This document shows positions 30,807 through 40,993 of a stretch of DNA of 59,001 nucleotides, piece by piece. Each line of letters starts with the position of its first letter. The first letter of the stretch is position 1. The notes below the pieces were generated by a model, which was not told the DNA's origin, made no database searches, and was given only the letters and a program-made list of their open reading frames with translations. Position numbers and translations under genes: made by a program. The stretch lies in the sequence record SRR16203515_2205. One strand, 5' to 3'.

Positions 30807-31535
30807 TTAGAACTGGCCTGATGTTGGCAACCATTCGCCAATCAGCACGTTCAATGTGCCATCCGCTTTCATCTCGCGGATCGCTGCCGAGAACTTTTCG
30901 CGAAGTTCCGCGTCAGATTTGCGGAAACCCATGCCGATGCCGCCGCCGATGTAAACATCATCACCAGAGAAGGACATGTCGCTGCTTTCAACTACGATTG
31001 GCTCCAAATACGCTTTGTCCGCCAAAACCGCGTCTGCTTCGCCTGAGCGCACAGCTGCGATTGTTTCTTCTGGTGTTGCGAATTCAAGCAATGTCGCACC
31101 GCTTGATGCGATGTATGATGCTTGAATTGTGCTTGATTGTGCGGCGACAACTGCACCAGAAAAATCACCTGAGAAGCCAGAAAGCGTTGCGTAGGCTGAT
31201 GCATCTGGCAATGTGTATTGCTCAGAGAAATCAATCACTTCCATACGCTCAGCAGTTACTGACATACCTGCGATGATTGTATCATAGTTACCGGATAGCA
31301 GGTTTGGAATGATGCTGTCCCATTCGTTTGTGACCCACTCGCACTTTAGCTCAGCACGTGCACACAATTCGTCGCCCAATTCACGTTCAAAGCCTGCAAC
31401 TTCACCATTGTCGTCAATGAAGTTGTAGGGAGGGTAGGCGCCCTCGGTTCCCATGCGAACCACCGAGTGGCCCGCTGCCATTGCAAATGTTGCGCTTAGG
31501 ACCAGCGCAGTCGTACCCAAAACGATTAATTTCAT
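30807..31535 (-). CDS. Polar amino acid ABC transporter substrate-binding protein (SBP family 3)
   Basis: Signal peptide, GTEGAYPPYN, WDSIIPNL, MSVTAER. Confidence 0.9.
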   Translation of the reverse strand: MKLIVLGTTALVLSATFAMAAGHSVVRMGTEGAYPPYNFIDDNGEVAGFERELGDELCARAELKCEWVTNEWDSIIPNLLSGNYDTIIAGMSVTAERMEVIDFSEQYTLPDASAYATLSGFSGDFSGAVVAAQSSTIQASYIASSGATLLEFATPEETIAAVRSGEADAVLADKAYLEPIVVESSDMSFSGDDVYIGGGIGMGFRKSDAELREKFSAAIREMKADGTLNVLIGEWLPTSGQF

Positions 31536-31560
31536 TTTCTGTCTCCCAGTTTGTTTGAGT

Positions 31561-32328
31561 TTAATCAATTGACCCCAAGAACTCTTTCAGGCGTTCTGAT
31601 TTAGGCGCGCCAAACAGTTCTTTTGGATTTCCTTCTTCTTCGATGCGGCCTTGATGCAAAAAGATAACGTGATCGGATACATCGCGGGCCATATTCATGT
31701 CGTGTGTGACGATCACCATCGTGCGACCTTCTTCCGCCAACCCTTTGATAACACGGATCACCTCTTGTTCCAATTCTGGATCAAGTGCTGATGTGGGTTC
31801 ATCAAACAACAGTGCCTCTGGCTCCATACATAATGCGCGCGCGATGGCGGCGCGCTGTTGCTGTCCACCTGACAGCTGGGCAGGATAGACATCGCACTTA
31901 TCTCCGATACCCACCTGCGCAAGGTATTTCCGTGCTGCGGCCTCAACTTCATCCTTGTCGCGTTTCAGCACGCTCACAGGTGCTTCCATCACATTTTCCA
32001 AAATTGTCATGTGTGACCACAGATTAAATTGTTGGAACACCATGGACAGGTTTGTGCGGATGCGTGTGATTTGCTTTTGATCTGCGGGACATCGCCCCGT
32101 GCCGAATGTCCACCTTACGGGTTCACCTTTGAACGAAATTTCGCCCTCTTGGCTGTCTTCCAACAGGTTACAGCACCGTAACAATGTTGACTTACCAGAG
32201 CCGGATGAGCCGATCAGTGAGATCACATCTCCACGCTGGGCCGTGACATCGACGCCTTTCAAAACCTCTAAATCACCATAGGCTTTGTGCAAATTAGTAA
32301 TTTGAATGACAGGGGTAGGCAGGTTCAC
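31561..32328 (-). CDS. Polar amino acid ABC transporter ATP-binding protein (HisP-like)
   Basis: [40 protein letters not shown]. Start uncertain (32328 or 32355). Confidence 0.9.
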   Translation of the reverse strand: MNLPTPVIQITNLHKAYGDLEVLKGVDVTAQRGDVISLIGSSGSGKSTLLRCCNLLEDSQEGEISFKGEPVRWTFGTGRCPADQKQITRIRTNLSMVFQQFNLWSHMTILENVMEAPVSVLKRDKDEVEAAARKYLAQVGIGDKCDVYPAQLSGGQQQRAAIARALCMEPEALLFDEPTSALDPELEQEVIRVIKGLAEEGRTMVIVTHDMNMARDVSDHVIFLHQGRIEEEGNPKELFGAPKSERLKEFLGSID

Positions 32329-32426
32329 GTGATTCTCTGTTGCATATTTGATCAAATCTTAGGACAGGATATTCCGCACAACAACACCCATGAACCAACC
32401 ACGTTTGCGGAATAACTTTGTGGACA

Positions 32427-33194
32427 TTAGGGGTGTTCAAATAAATTGCAAGGCGAACTTGGGGTAAGGACGTCAAGATAGTCCTGTTTTGCGATGTTGA
32501 CGATACCGCGTATCCCAAGGGTTTCGAAGTCTGAGAGTGGCAATGCGTTCAGCGCATTTTGCACGGCATGAAAGATAGCCTGCGCATCAAAACGCGTTGC
32601 ACAAATATACGGCAACGCTGGGGTTGGGGCTGTCCAATGGACAACGCGAAAAGTGACGGCAAGGTCGGATTGATACCTGCACATCAGCGCCCAAGTATGC
32701 GCATCGATGGCTGCAAAGTCGGCCAATTTTTTCGAAATAGCCTGCGCCGAATTGATATGGGCATGTGTCTGCAACCCGCTACTTGGACGCATGTCTGCGT
32801 ATTCCATTTCGGCGATGATCGCGGCCCAACCTGATTGCGACAATGCTTCATTATACGCGATGCGTTTTTCGGCCAGGTCGCCAAATTCGCGTATCTCGCT
32901 ATCCGCATGTACGATCACGGCACTGCGGTAATAGCCTGGGGGGCACTCCTTTAATCTATAATCGGGTGTGCCCACCAATTGAACGTGATCATGAAGGAAT
33001 GTGCGATAGGGCATGCCGCATGTCTGCCCAAACAGTAAATCGTCAGATTGCCAAAACGATGCCATGTCTGTGGGGCTGCTCAGACTTTCTGGGCCAAACT
33101 CCAAATTGGCACGAATGGCGGCCCAAAGCCGATCATGCGCGTCCCGTAATTCGGGGCGATCATACATCGGCAGGCCCGCTATCATCTCAGCCAA
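32427..33194 (-). CDS. PhnD/phosphonate-binding-fold protein without signal peptide
   Basis: LPMYD, QTCGMPY, YYRSAVIV, SQSGW, ADFAAID. Confidence 0.7.
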   Translation of the reverse strand: MAEMIAGLPMYDRPELRDAHDRLWAAIRANLEFGPESLSSPTDMASFWQSDDLLFGQTCGMPYRTFLHDHVQLVGTPDYRLKECPPGYYRSAVIVHADSEIREFGDLAEKRIAYNEALSQSGWAAIIAEMEYADMRPSSGLQTHAHINSAQAISKKLADFAAIDAHTWALMCRYQSDLAVTFRVVHWTAPTPALPYICATRFDAQAIFHAVQNALNALPLSDFETLGIRGIVNIAKQDYLDVLTPSSPCNLFEHP

Positions 33195-33618
33195 CCTTTT
33201 GACGCGCTTTGGCGCTGTCTACGTCTGTGATGCCCAGCAGGCTTGCCACCAATCGGATCAATGCGTCTTCTTCTGCATCCCGCTCTCCATCGGCGAGTGC
33301 GATTTTCCATAATGCTTCAATTACGGCAAGGCGTTCTTCATAGGCTACGCATTCTTTGATAGCGCGAGTAAAGCGAACGGTATCAGGTGCCTCGGCTTCT
33401 AACGCCTCGCCCTCTCGGCGCAATGCGTCTGCATCAGATTCTGTAAGGGCATAGCGTGTCGCCAGTACGCGATCAATGTTGGCAATCTCGACACTTGCGT
33501 AATCGCCATCGGATCGCGCCACGCGCACCAATAGAGCCGCGATCGCCAAACGCGCGTCCGTATCACTAAGTGGTTCAGGTGCCGCCGAAAGTAAACGGTT
33601 TAAAAAATCCCCAATCAT
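33187..33618 (-). CDS. TerB-family protein
   Basis: AALLVRVARSDG, DTVRFTRAIK, LWKIALADG..D.EE. Confidence 0.85.
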   Translation of the reverse strand: MIGDFLNRLLSAAPEPLSDTDARLAIAALLVRVARSDGDYASVEIANIDRVLATRYALTESDADALRREGEALEAEAPDTVRFTRAIKECVAYEERLAVIEALWKIALADGERDAEEDALIRLVASLLGITDVDSAKARQKVG

Positions 33619-33911
33619 TCGCCATCATACCCTTCGACAATGACCATATCGCCTGCGGAAACTTTGGCGCGAATTTCGAATGCTGCGCGATACTCGGGAC
33701 TTTCGTAACAGGCGCGGGCTGTTTCAATATCGTCAAACTCTAGGACGACTGTGCGTGGACGTACGGTGCCTTCTTCTACGGTTTGTTCGCCGCCGCGCAC
33801 TAAAAACCGCGCCCCAAATTTTTCAAACGCAACTGCGTTTGCTTTTCTATATTCTTCGTACACTACGGGGTCCTCGACAGTGACGTGGCCAATCCAATAT
33901 CCTTTTGGCAT
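33615..33911 (-). CDS. DUF1330 family protein
   Basis: GYWI, FGARFLVRGG, VVLEF, YESPEY. Confidence 0.88.
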   Translation of the reverse strand: MPKGYWIGHVTVEDPVVYEEYRKANAVAFEKFGARFLVRGGEQTVEEGTVRPRTVVLEFDDIETARACYESPEYRAAFEIRAKVSAGDMVIVEGYDGE

Positions 33912-33922
33912 TGCGCTTCCTT

Positions 33923-34705
33923 TCAAGTCAGTTTGCCGAAGATATCAGCAATTCGTTTTAACTCATCTGACAAACCAAATGGGGGGTTCACAATGAAAAG
34001 TCCAGAACCCACCATTTTGTGGCCTTCACGCGCAGGAGGAAAAGTCACCTCGGCGCACAGCCCGTCAGGATGATTTTTGATCAAGGCGGCCAACATAGGT
34101 TTATGCGCCCCGGAGGTTAGAACAGGGTACCACAGCATGATAACCCCCACATTCCACTTTTCGTGTAGTTTCGCGATCAGAGGGGGGATCGTCGCATAGT
34201 CAGTTTTGATTTCGTAGCTGGGATCAATCAACAGCAGTCCACGCCGTGGGGTCGGGGGGCACAAACTTTGCGCCAGTTGATAGCCGTCTTGTTGGTACAC
34301 TTTGGCCTTCTTGCCTATCGCGCTCCTGAGGGCGCTGGCTTCTTGCGGGTGAAGTTCTGCCAAGTGCATCTTATCCGTTTCGCGCAGTAGTTCGCGTGCG
34401 ATCCAGGGTGAACCAGGGTAATGGCGTGGTCCAAATGCGTCACGAACCCTGTTCAACACACGTAAATAGGGATGACCCGATCCTAATTCCGCTTGGATCA
34501 GTTCGTTTTCGATACCCTTCGCAGCCTCACCCGTTTTTTGCGCCGCATCAGAGCCAAGATCATAAAGCGCGCGCCCCGAATGCGTTTCGATGTAACTGAT
34601 CGGTTTATCCTTGACCGTTAAGTAGGCCAATATCCACGCAAGGGCCGCGTGTTTTTGTACATCGGCCAAATTGCCTGCGTGAAAGATATGTTGATAAGAC
34701 AGCAT
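33923..34705 (-). CDS. rlmJ: 23S rRNA m6A2030 methyltransferase
   Basis: MLSYQHIFHAGNLADVQKH, YPGSP, ELHPQE, LIDPSYE. Confidence 0.93.
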   Translation of the reverse strand: MLSYQHIFHAGNLADVQKHAALAWILAYLTVKDKPISYIETHSGRALYDLGSDAAQKTGEAAKGIENELIQAELGSGHPYLRVLNRVRDAFGPRHYPGSPWIARELLRETDKMHLAELHPQEASALRSAIGKKAKVYQQDGYQLAQSLCPPTPRRGLLLIDPSYEIKTDYATIPPLIAKLHEKWNVGVIMLWYPVLTSGAHKPMLAALIKNHPDGLCAEVTFPPAREGHKMVGSGLFIVNPPFGLSDELKRIADIFGKLT

Positions 34706-34732
34706 CCCTAAGATGTGCCAGCGATCAGCGCA

Positions 34733-36376
34733 TTAAACAAGTCTGCTGGTATCTTTGGCGGCACGGACAAAATCTGCGAACAAGGGGTGTGGTTCAAATG
34801 GTTTGGATTTTAGCTCTGGATGGAACTGAACGCCAATGAACCATGGATGATCTTCCCATTCGACAATTTCTGGCAGGCGACCATCTGGGGACATGCCTGA
34901 AAATTTCAAACCCGCTTTTTCCAACTGTTCACGGTAGCGGATGTCAACTTCGTATCTGTGGCGATGGCGTTCCTCGATTGAGGTTGTGCCATAGACTTCT
35001 ACAACCTTTGTTCCTTCTCCCAATGACGCGGAATAGGCACCCAAACGCATTGTGCCGCCTTTATCATCGGTGACCTTGCGGGCCACTGTGCGATTTCCTT
35101 GGACCCATTCCTTTAAATGGTAAACCACGGGTTCGAAACGTTTTTCGCCCGCTTCGTGATCAAATTCTTCTGATCCCGCATCTTTTAGGCCCGCAACATT
35201 CCGCGCTGCTTCGATCACGGCCATTTGCATGCCCAAACAAATCCCTAGGTATGGAATTTTATGTTCGCGGGCAAATGTGGCAGCTTTGATTTTGCCTTCA
35301 GTTCCGCGTTCGCCAAATCCGCCTGGTACCAAAATCGCATGGAACCCTTGCAGGTAGGGGGCTGGATCTTCTTGATCGAAAATCTCGGCATCTACCCATT
35401 CCACATTCACTTTTACACGGTTTGCCATACCGCCGTGCGTCAAGGCCTCGGCGATGGATTTATAAGCATCTTCAAGCTGTGTATATTTCCCGACAATGGC
35501 AACTTTGACTTCGCCTTCTGGATTATAAATGCGGTCTGCCACATCGTTCCAACGCATCAAATCGGGTTTTGGCGCGGGGGAAATGCCAAAGGCGTCCAAT
35601 ACGGCCTGATCCAAGCCCTCACGGTGATAGGCCAGCGGCGCTTCATAAATGGATTTTAGATCCTGTGCTGCAATCACGCTTTCTTTGCGAACGTTACAGA
35701 ACAGAGCCAATTTTTCGCGTTCTTTTTCAGGAATAGGTCCTTCTGAACGGCAGACAAGAATATCTGGTGCCAAGCCGATTGAACGGAGTTCTTTGACCGA
35801 GTGCTGCGTGGGTTTTGTTTTCAACTCACCTGATGCATTGATAAACGGCAACAGCGTCAGGTGCATAAAAATACACTGACCGCGCGGTTTATCTTGTGAA
35901 AACTGGCGGATTGCCTCGAAAAATGGCAATCCTTCGATGTCACCAACGGTGCCGCCGATTTCACATAGCATGAAATCCACTTCATCTTCACCGATTGAGA
36001 TGAAGTCTTTGATCTCATTCGTAACGTGTGGGATCACCTGAATGGTTTTCCCCAAATAATCGCCACGACGTTCCTTTTCCAATACGTTGGAATAGATACG
36101 CCCAGATGAGATCGAGTCGGTATTACGCGCCGCAACCCCAGTGAAGCGTTCATAGTGGCCCAGGTCCAAATCCGTTTCCGCGCCGTCATCGGTTACGAAA
36201 ACCTCGCCGTGTTCAAAGGGGCTCATCGTTCCTGGATCAACATTTAGGTAGGGGTCCAGTTTACGAAGACGCACACTATACCCACGTGCTTGCAACAATG
36301 CACCAAGGGCCGCAGAGGCAAGGCCTTTTCCGAGTGAGGACACCACACCACCAGTGATAAATACAAAACGCGCCAT
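34733..36376 (-). CDS. pyrG: CTP synthase
   Basis: [46 protein letters not shown]. Confidence 0.98.
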   Translation of the reverse strand: MARFVFITGGVVSSLGKGLASAALGALLQARGYSVRLRKLDPYLNVDPGTMSPFEHGEVFVTDDGAETDLDLGHYERFTGVAARNTDSISSGRIYSNVLEKERRGDYLGKTIQVIPHVTNEIKDFISIGEDEVDFMLCEIGGTVGDIEGLPFFEAIRQFSQDKPRGQCIFMHLTLLPFINASGELKTKPTQHSVKELRSIGLAPDILVCRSEGPIPEKEREKLALFCNVRKESVIAAQDLKSIYEAPLAYHREGLDQAVLDAFGISPAPKPDLMRWNDVADRIYNPEGEVKVAIVGKYTQLEDAYKSIAEALTHGGMANRVKVNVEWVDAEIFDQEDPAPYLQGFHAILVPGGFGERGTEGKIKAATFAREHKIPYLGICLGMQMAVIEAARNVAGLKDAGSEEFDHEAGEKRFEPVVYHLKEWVQGNRTVARKVTDDKGGTMRLGAYSASLGEGTKVVEVYGTTSIEERHRHRYEVDIRYREQLEKAGLKFSGMSPDGRLPEIVEWEDHPWFIGVQFHPELKSKPFEPHPLFADFVRAAKDTSRLV

Positions 36377-36388
36377 AGATTGAAATTC

Positions 36389-36460
36389 TCCCGTAGTGTT
36401 GGGCATGGATGCCATCATAACTCGGTCCCATAGGCTCAATTTGTGCCATGTACCACGGGA
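36389..36460 (-). promoter_or_regulatory. Structured pyrG 5' leader that pairs with the SD
   Basis: Minus strand UCCCGUGGU (36460-52) pairs with ACUACGGGA (36397-89), which includes most of the GGGAG SD. Confidence 0.55.
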
Positions 36461-36544
36461 CTTAAGTAATAAAGGATTCGCAAAATTTTGCAAGCGTACC
36501 GCAACATTATGTTGCGGTTATATTCCTACCCCCAAGTGATAGTA

Positions 36545-36904
36545 TTAATCAGCACTTGGTAGAAGTGGGGCCGTGCCATCGCTGCTGGGTGGCAGTAATT
36601 CGTCGACGTTCAGGTCAGGTACATCATCTTCTTGCGCGGCAGGGGCCGTGCCCAAACGGTCCAAAACGGACCCATCGGATGAATTTTGCGCAGCAATGAT
36701 CGTTAGTGTGATGGACGTAATAATGAACGCAATCGCCAATATCCATGTCGCCTTTGACATCGCGGTGGCTGCTCCACGGCTTGACATAACATTGTCCCCA
36801 CCACTGCCCATACCAAGGCCGCCGCCCTCTGAACGCTGAAGCAAAACAATTCCAACCAGCCCCAAGGCTAGCAACAGATGGATGGTGAGTACGACGTTTT
36901 CCAT
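36545..36904 (-). CDS. secG: Preprotein translocase subunit SecG
   Basis: VLLQRSEGGGLG, two TM helices, directly upstream of pyrG. Confidence 0.93.
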   Translation of the reverse strand: MENVVLTIHLLLALGLVGIVLLQRSEGGGLGMGSGGDNVMSSRGAATAMSKATWILAIAFIITSITLTIIAAQNSSDGSVLDRLGTAPAAQEDDVPDLNVDELLPPSSDGTAPLLPSAD

Positions 36905-37092
36905 TCTACCCCGCAGGTTTTCGACTTGCAGGCGTAGATAGTCATGTTTTGCCCCATGAGCAAGGGGAGAATGCACCAGAAGTGCGAAGTGAATTGCATG
37001 ACTTTTGCCACCTGCGGCAATTTCGTGGTTTCCATGGACGAATTCCCTCTGTATATCAGCGCGGGTTTGATAGCGCATGAGAAAGGCGAGAC

Positions 37093-38385
37093 ATGGCAAA
37101 CGTTGTGGTTGTGGGTGCTCAGTGGGGCGATGAAGGCAAAGGCAAAATTGTTGATTGGCTGAGCGAGCGCGCAGATGTCATCGCGCGTTTCCAGGGGGGG
37201 CACAATGCGGGCCACACATTGGTTGTCGATGGCGTGACCTATAAACTTCATGCGCTGCCCAGTGGCGTCGTGCGTGGCGGTAAACTGTCAGTGATCGGGA
37301 ATGGCGTTGTTTTGGATCCATGGCATTTGGTAAAAGAGATCGAAACAGTGCGCGCCCAAGGCGTAGAAATCAGCCCAGCGACATTGATGATTGCCGAAAA
37401 TACGCCGTTAATCCTGCTCGTTCATGGCGAATTGGATCGCGCGCGTGAGGCCCAGATCAGCGTGGCAAAAATCGGAACAACAGGCCGTGGCATTGGCCCA
37501 GCTTATGAAGACAAAGTCGGTCGCCGTGCCATTCGCGTCGCGGACTTGGCCGATCCTGCAACGCTTGAGGCGCGTGTTGATCGCCTGCTGCTGCACCACA
37601 ACACATTGCGCCGTGGTTTGGGCATGGAAGAAGTTGATCGCACGGGCTTGATTGCGCAGCTAAAAGAAATTGCACCAGAAATCCTGAAATACGCAGCCCC
37701 TGTTTGGAAGGTGCTGAACGAAAAACGCAAATCAGGCAAACGTATTCTGTTCGAAGGGGCGCAAGGCGCACTTTTGGATATTGATTTCGGGACTTACCCG
37801 TTTGTGACCTCGTCAAATGTTTTGGCAGGTCAGGCATCTGCAGGGACAGGCATTGGGCCAAACTCAATTGATTTCGTCCTTGGCATTGTGAAAGCCTACA
37901 CAACCCGCGTCGGCGAAGGACCGTTCCCGACAGAGTTGTCTGATGATGATGGTCAGCGTTTGGGGGAACGTGGTCACGAGTTTGGCACGACCACAGGGCG
38001 CAAACGTCGCTGTGGTTGGTTTGACGCGGTTTTGGTGCGTCAAACCTGTGCAACATCAGGTGTTACTGGGATATCGTTGACCAAGTTGGATGTTCTGGAC
38101 GGGTTTGAAACTCTAAAAATTTGTGTCGGCTACGAATTGGACGGCGAACGTTTGGAATATCTACCCACCGCTGCCGACCAACAAGCGCGCTGCACACCGA
38201 TTTACGAAGAAATGGAAGGTTGGAGCGAAAGCACCGAAGGCGCCAAAAGCTGGAACGACCTGCCTGCGAATGCGATCAAATACGTGAAACGCATTGAAGA
38301 GTTGATTGAATGCCCTGTCGCACTACTCTCTACTTCACCCAAGCGTGAAGACACGATTTTGGTCACCGATCCATTTCAGGACTAA
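37093..38385 (+). CDS. purA: Adenylosuccinate synthetase
   Basis: [40 protein letters not shown]. Confidence 0.98.
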   Translation: MANVVVVGAQWGDEGKGKIVDWLSERADVIARFQGGHNAGHTLVVDGVTYKLHALPSGVVRGGKLSVIGNGVVLDPWHLVKEIETVRAQGVEISPATLMIAENTPLILLVHGELDRAREAQISVAKIGTTGRGIGPAYEDKVGRRAIRVADLADPATLEARVDRLLLHHNTLRRGLGMEEVDRTGLIAQLKEIAPEILKYAAPVWKVLNEKRKSGKRILFEGAQGALLDIDFGTYPFVTSSNVLAGQASAGTGIGPNSIDFVLGIVKAYTTRVGEGPFPTELSDDDGQRLGERGHEFGTTTGRKRRCGWFDAVLVRQTCATSGVTGISLTKLDVLDGFETLKICVGYELDGERLEYLPTAADQQARCTPIYEEMEGWSESTEGAKSWNDLPANAIKYVKRIEELIECPVALLSTSPKREDTILVTDPFQD

Positions 38386-38387
38386 AC

Positions 38388-38603
38388 ATGCTAAGCTACA
38401 AAGCACGTCGCAGATTATCCTTACTGATCCTGTTGGTGGGATTGCCACTGTATATCGTTGTGGCAGTGAATGTGATTGCACTGTTTGACAGACCTTCGAT
38501 CTTGGTCGAAGTGTTCGTCTATGTCTCACTTGGCGTGCTTTGGGCGTTTCCCTTTAAATATGTGTTCCGTGGCGTGGGTCAGGCAGATCCTGACCAAGAT
38601 TAA
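38388..38603 (+). CDS. DUF2842 family membrane protein
   Basis: LSYKARRR...two TM helices...FRGVGQADPD. Confidence 0.8.
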   Translation: MLSYKARRRLSLLILLVGLPLYIVVAVNVIALFDRPSILVEVFVYVSLGVLWAFPFKYVFRGVGQADPDQD

Positions 38604-38606
38604 TCC

Positions 38607-39203
38607 TTAGTTTGAACCGCCAAATTCTGCGGACAACACCAATTCAATCAGTGCGCGCGCCTCTTGTCGTGCGTGGCGGGGGGCAATGTCTCGATCTGCT
38701 TGCGCCACACTTAGCCAAACACCATCCAAATAAGACTGCAAAATTCGTCGCATTGTTTCGCGGAATGGGGCAGGGACCAGAGGTGCAAGTTCCGCGCGGA
38801 AATGTGATTTAACCCTTGATTGGTTGATCCGATGTAACCGTTCCAGATGTGCTGAGTAGGGAGCCGCGGACCAGAATTGCACCCAAAAACTGCAATGTTG
38901 GGGGGTGAAAAATCTGGGATCAAAATGCGCATCGAAAATCGCACGTAGTCGGTCCTTGGGATCCAGTGCGACGTCAAGGTATTGTTTGTGCGTCACCCCC
39001 AAAATGCGCAGCAAATGTCGCATCGTTTCAAACATCAGTTGGTCTTTGGATCCGAAATAGTAATTGATGCTGGCCGCCGTTGCGCCAAGTTCGGCCGCGA
39101 TTTCCGACATCGTTACGGCATGAAATCCCCGTTTGTGTGTTGCTTCAAGTGCTGCAACTATAAACTCTTCATGTCTGATATCGCGAATTTTTTTTCTAGT
39201 CAT
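38607..39203 (-). CDS. betI: TetR-family regulator, BetI-like
   Basis: TetR HTH (TMSEIAAELG...YYFGSKDQL), WVQFW...LERLHRIN, LDGVWL; divergent from betBA. Confidence 0.75.
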   Translation of the reverse strand: MTRKKIRDIRHEEFIVAALEATHKRGFHAVTMSEIAAELGATAASINYYFGSKDQLMFETMRHLLRILGVTHKQYLDVALDPKDRLRAIFDAHFDPRFFTPQHCSFWVQFWSAAPYSAHLERLHRINQSRVKSHFRAELAPLVPAPFRETMRRILQSYLDGVWLSVAQADRDIAPRHARQEARALIELVLSAEFGGSN

Positions 39204-39261
39204 GGAATCATGCTATCATTATTTAAACGGAAATAGCAAAATTTAAATTTACATTTAAAAA

Positions 39262-39281
39262 TTAAATGAATATTTAAAAAA
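39262..39281. promoter_or_regulatory. Possible BetI operator
   Basis: TTAAATGAATATTTAAAAAA with a dyad core TTAAAT-N4-ATTTAA in the AT-rich betI/betB spacer; AT richness makes a chance match possible. Confidence 0.35.
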
Positions 39282-39481
39282 TGATTTTACTTTTTAACCA
39301 TATTGCTCGAACATAGCATGCAAGGTCCTGATTCCACGAATGTGATTGTAATTTGCAGGACAGGTAAATTGTGAATGAGCGTCTTGGCAGTGTCGGTGTT
39401 GTGATGGCAATAGCGGGGCAACTTTGCCAGCATGTGGGACGTCAATTGACACAAAGTGCGCAATGCAAAAGGAAAGACAAG

Positions 39482-40933
39482 ATGCAAATTCAACCCGTCG
39501 CAAGTCACTTTATCAACGGTGAATATCTTGAAGATACAAGTGGTGAGCCCATCGATATTGTATATCCCGCTACTGGGGAAATCATTGGACGCGTCTACGC
39601 GGCGACAGAGGTAGTCATTGAACAGGCGATCATCTCAGCGAAACGCGCGCAAAAAGAATGGGCGAAAACCTCGGGCACGGAACGTGGTCGCATCCTGCGC
39701 CGCGCCGCTGATATCATTCGCGAGCGTAACCATGATCTGTCTGTTTTGGAGACATATGATACGGGCAAACCATTATCGGAAACGCTATATGTGGATGCCA
39801 CCAGTGCTGCGGATGCTTTGGAATACTTCGGCGGCTTGGCAGGGTCGCTGACAGGTGAACACATCCCCATGGGCGAAAACTGGGCCTATACAATCCGCGA
39901 GCCACTCGGGCTTTGCGTTGGGATTGGTGCATGGAACTATCCGACACAAATTTCGTGCTGGAAGGGCGCGCCTGCGCTTGCATGCGGAAACGCCATGATT
40001 TTTAAACCTTCAGAGACAACGCCCCTCTGTGCGCTGAAGGTTGCGGAAATCCTGATCGAGGCGGGGTTGCCCAGAGGTCTGTACAACGTAATCCAAGGAA
40101 TGGGGGATGTTGGCGCAAAATTGGTGAGTGACACCCGCGTGGACAAAGTGTCTTTAACAGGGTCCGTTCCCACAGGGCGCAAGGTTTACGCAGCCGCCGC
40201 CGAGGGTATCAAGCATGTAACCATGGAATTAGGCGGGAAATCCCCGCTGATCATTTTTGACGATGCAGATATTGAAAACGCAGTGGGCGGAGCGATTTTG
40301 GGAAATTTTTATTCCTCGGGGCAGGTCTGTTCAAACGGGACGCGTGTATTCGTGCACGAGGCGATCAAAGAAAAATTCCTAGAGCGATTGAGCGCACGTT
40401 TGCGCGAAGCGATCATTGGTGATCCGCTGGATGAGGCCACAAATTTCGGGCCAATGGTCAGTGAACGTCAGATGAAGATTGTGCAAGATTATATTGAGAT
40501 TGGAAAATCCGAAGGTGCCCGCTTGATTAGTGGCGGGGGACGTTTGGATCGCGATGGATTTTACCTTGAACCGACGGTCTTTGCAGATGTGCGTGATGAC
40601 ATGAGCATTGCACGCGAAGAAATCTTTGGTCCCGTAATGGCGGTGTTAGATTTTACGGATGAAACAGATGTGATCGCGCGCGCAAACGATACTGAGTTTG
40701 GATTGTCCGCAGGTGTGTTCACAAATGATCTGTCACGCGCACATCGTGTGATTGCTGAATTGGAGGCTGGCAGCTGTTTTATCAATTCCTACAATGATGC
40801 CCCCGTTGAGGCGCCTTTTGGCGGAGCCAAACTGTCAGGTGTTGGCCGTGAAAACTCAAAAGCGGCGGTGGAGCATTATTCGCAAATGAAATCCGTTTTT
40901 GTCCGTATGGGCGATGTTGAGGCACCGTTCTAG
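39482..40933 (+). CDS. betB: Betaine aldehyde dehydrogenase
   Basis: [37 protein letters not shown]. Confidence 0.93.
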   Translation: MQIQPVASHFINGEYLEDTSGEPIDIVYPATGEIIGRVYAATEVVIEQAIISAKRAQKEWAKTSGTERGRILRRAADIIRERNHDLSVLETYDTGKPLSETLYVDATSAADALEYFGGLAGSLTGEHIPMGENWAYTIREPLGLCVGIGAWNYPTQISCWKGAPALACGNAMIFKPSETTPLCALKVAEILIEAGLPRGLYNVIQGMGDVGAKLVSDTRVDKVSLTGSVPTGRKVYAAAAEGIKHVTMELGGKSPLIIFDDADIENAVGGAILGNFYSSGQVCSNGTRVFVHEAIKEKFLERLSARLREAIIGDPLDEATNFGPMVSERQMKIVQDYIEIGKSEGARLISGGGRLDRDGFYLEPTVFADVRDDMSIAREEIFGPVMAVLDFTDETDVIARANDTEFGLSAGVFTNDLSRAHRVIAELEAGSCFINSYNDAPVEAPFGGAKLSGVGRENSKAAVEHYSQMKSVFVRMGDVEAPF

Positions 40934-40984
40934 GTCCATCGGACCGCCGCCCGCCCACCCACCCCGTCGCTCCAATGGACCTAG
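40930..40984. repeat. Intergenic inverted repeat enclosing a C-tract (G-quadruplex motif on the minus strand)
   Basis: CTAGGTCCAT(40930-39)/ATGGACCTAG(40975-84); the loop contains CCCgCCCaCCCaCCCC. Confidence 0.75.
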
Positions 40985-40993
40985 GAGGAAAGC

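Noticed and set aside
33187..33618. Tellurite-resistance or anti-phage ter island
   Set aside because: A single TerB-family gene with no other ter genes or mobility functions.
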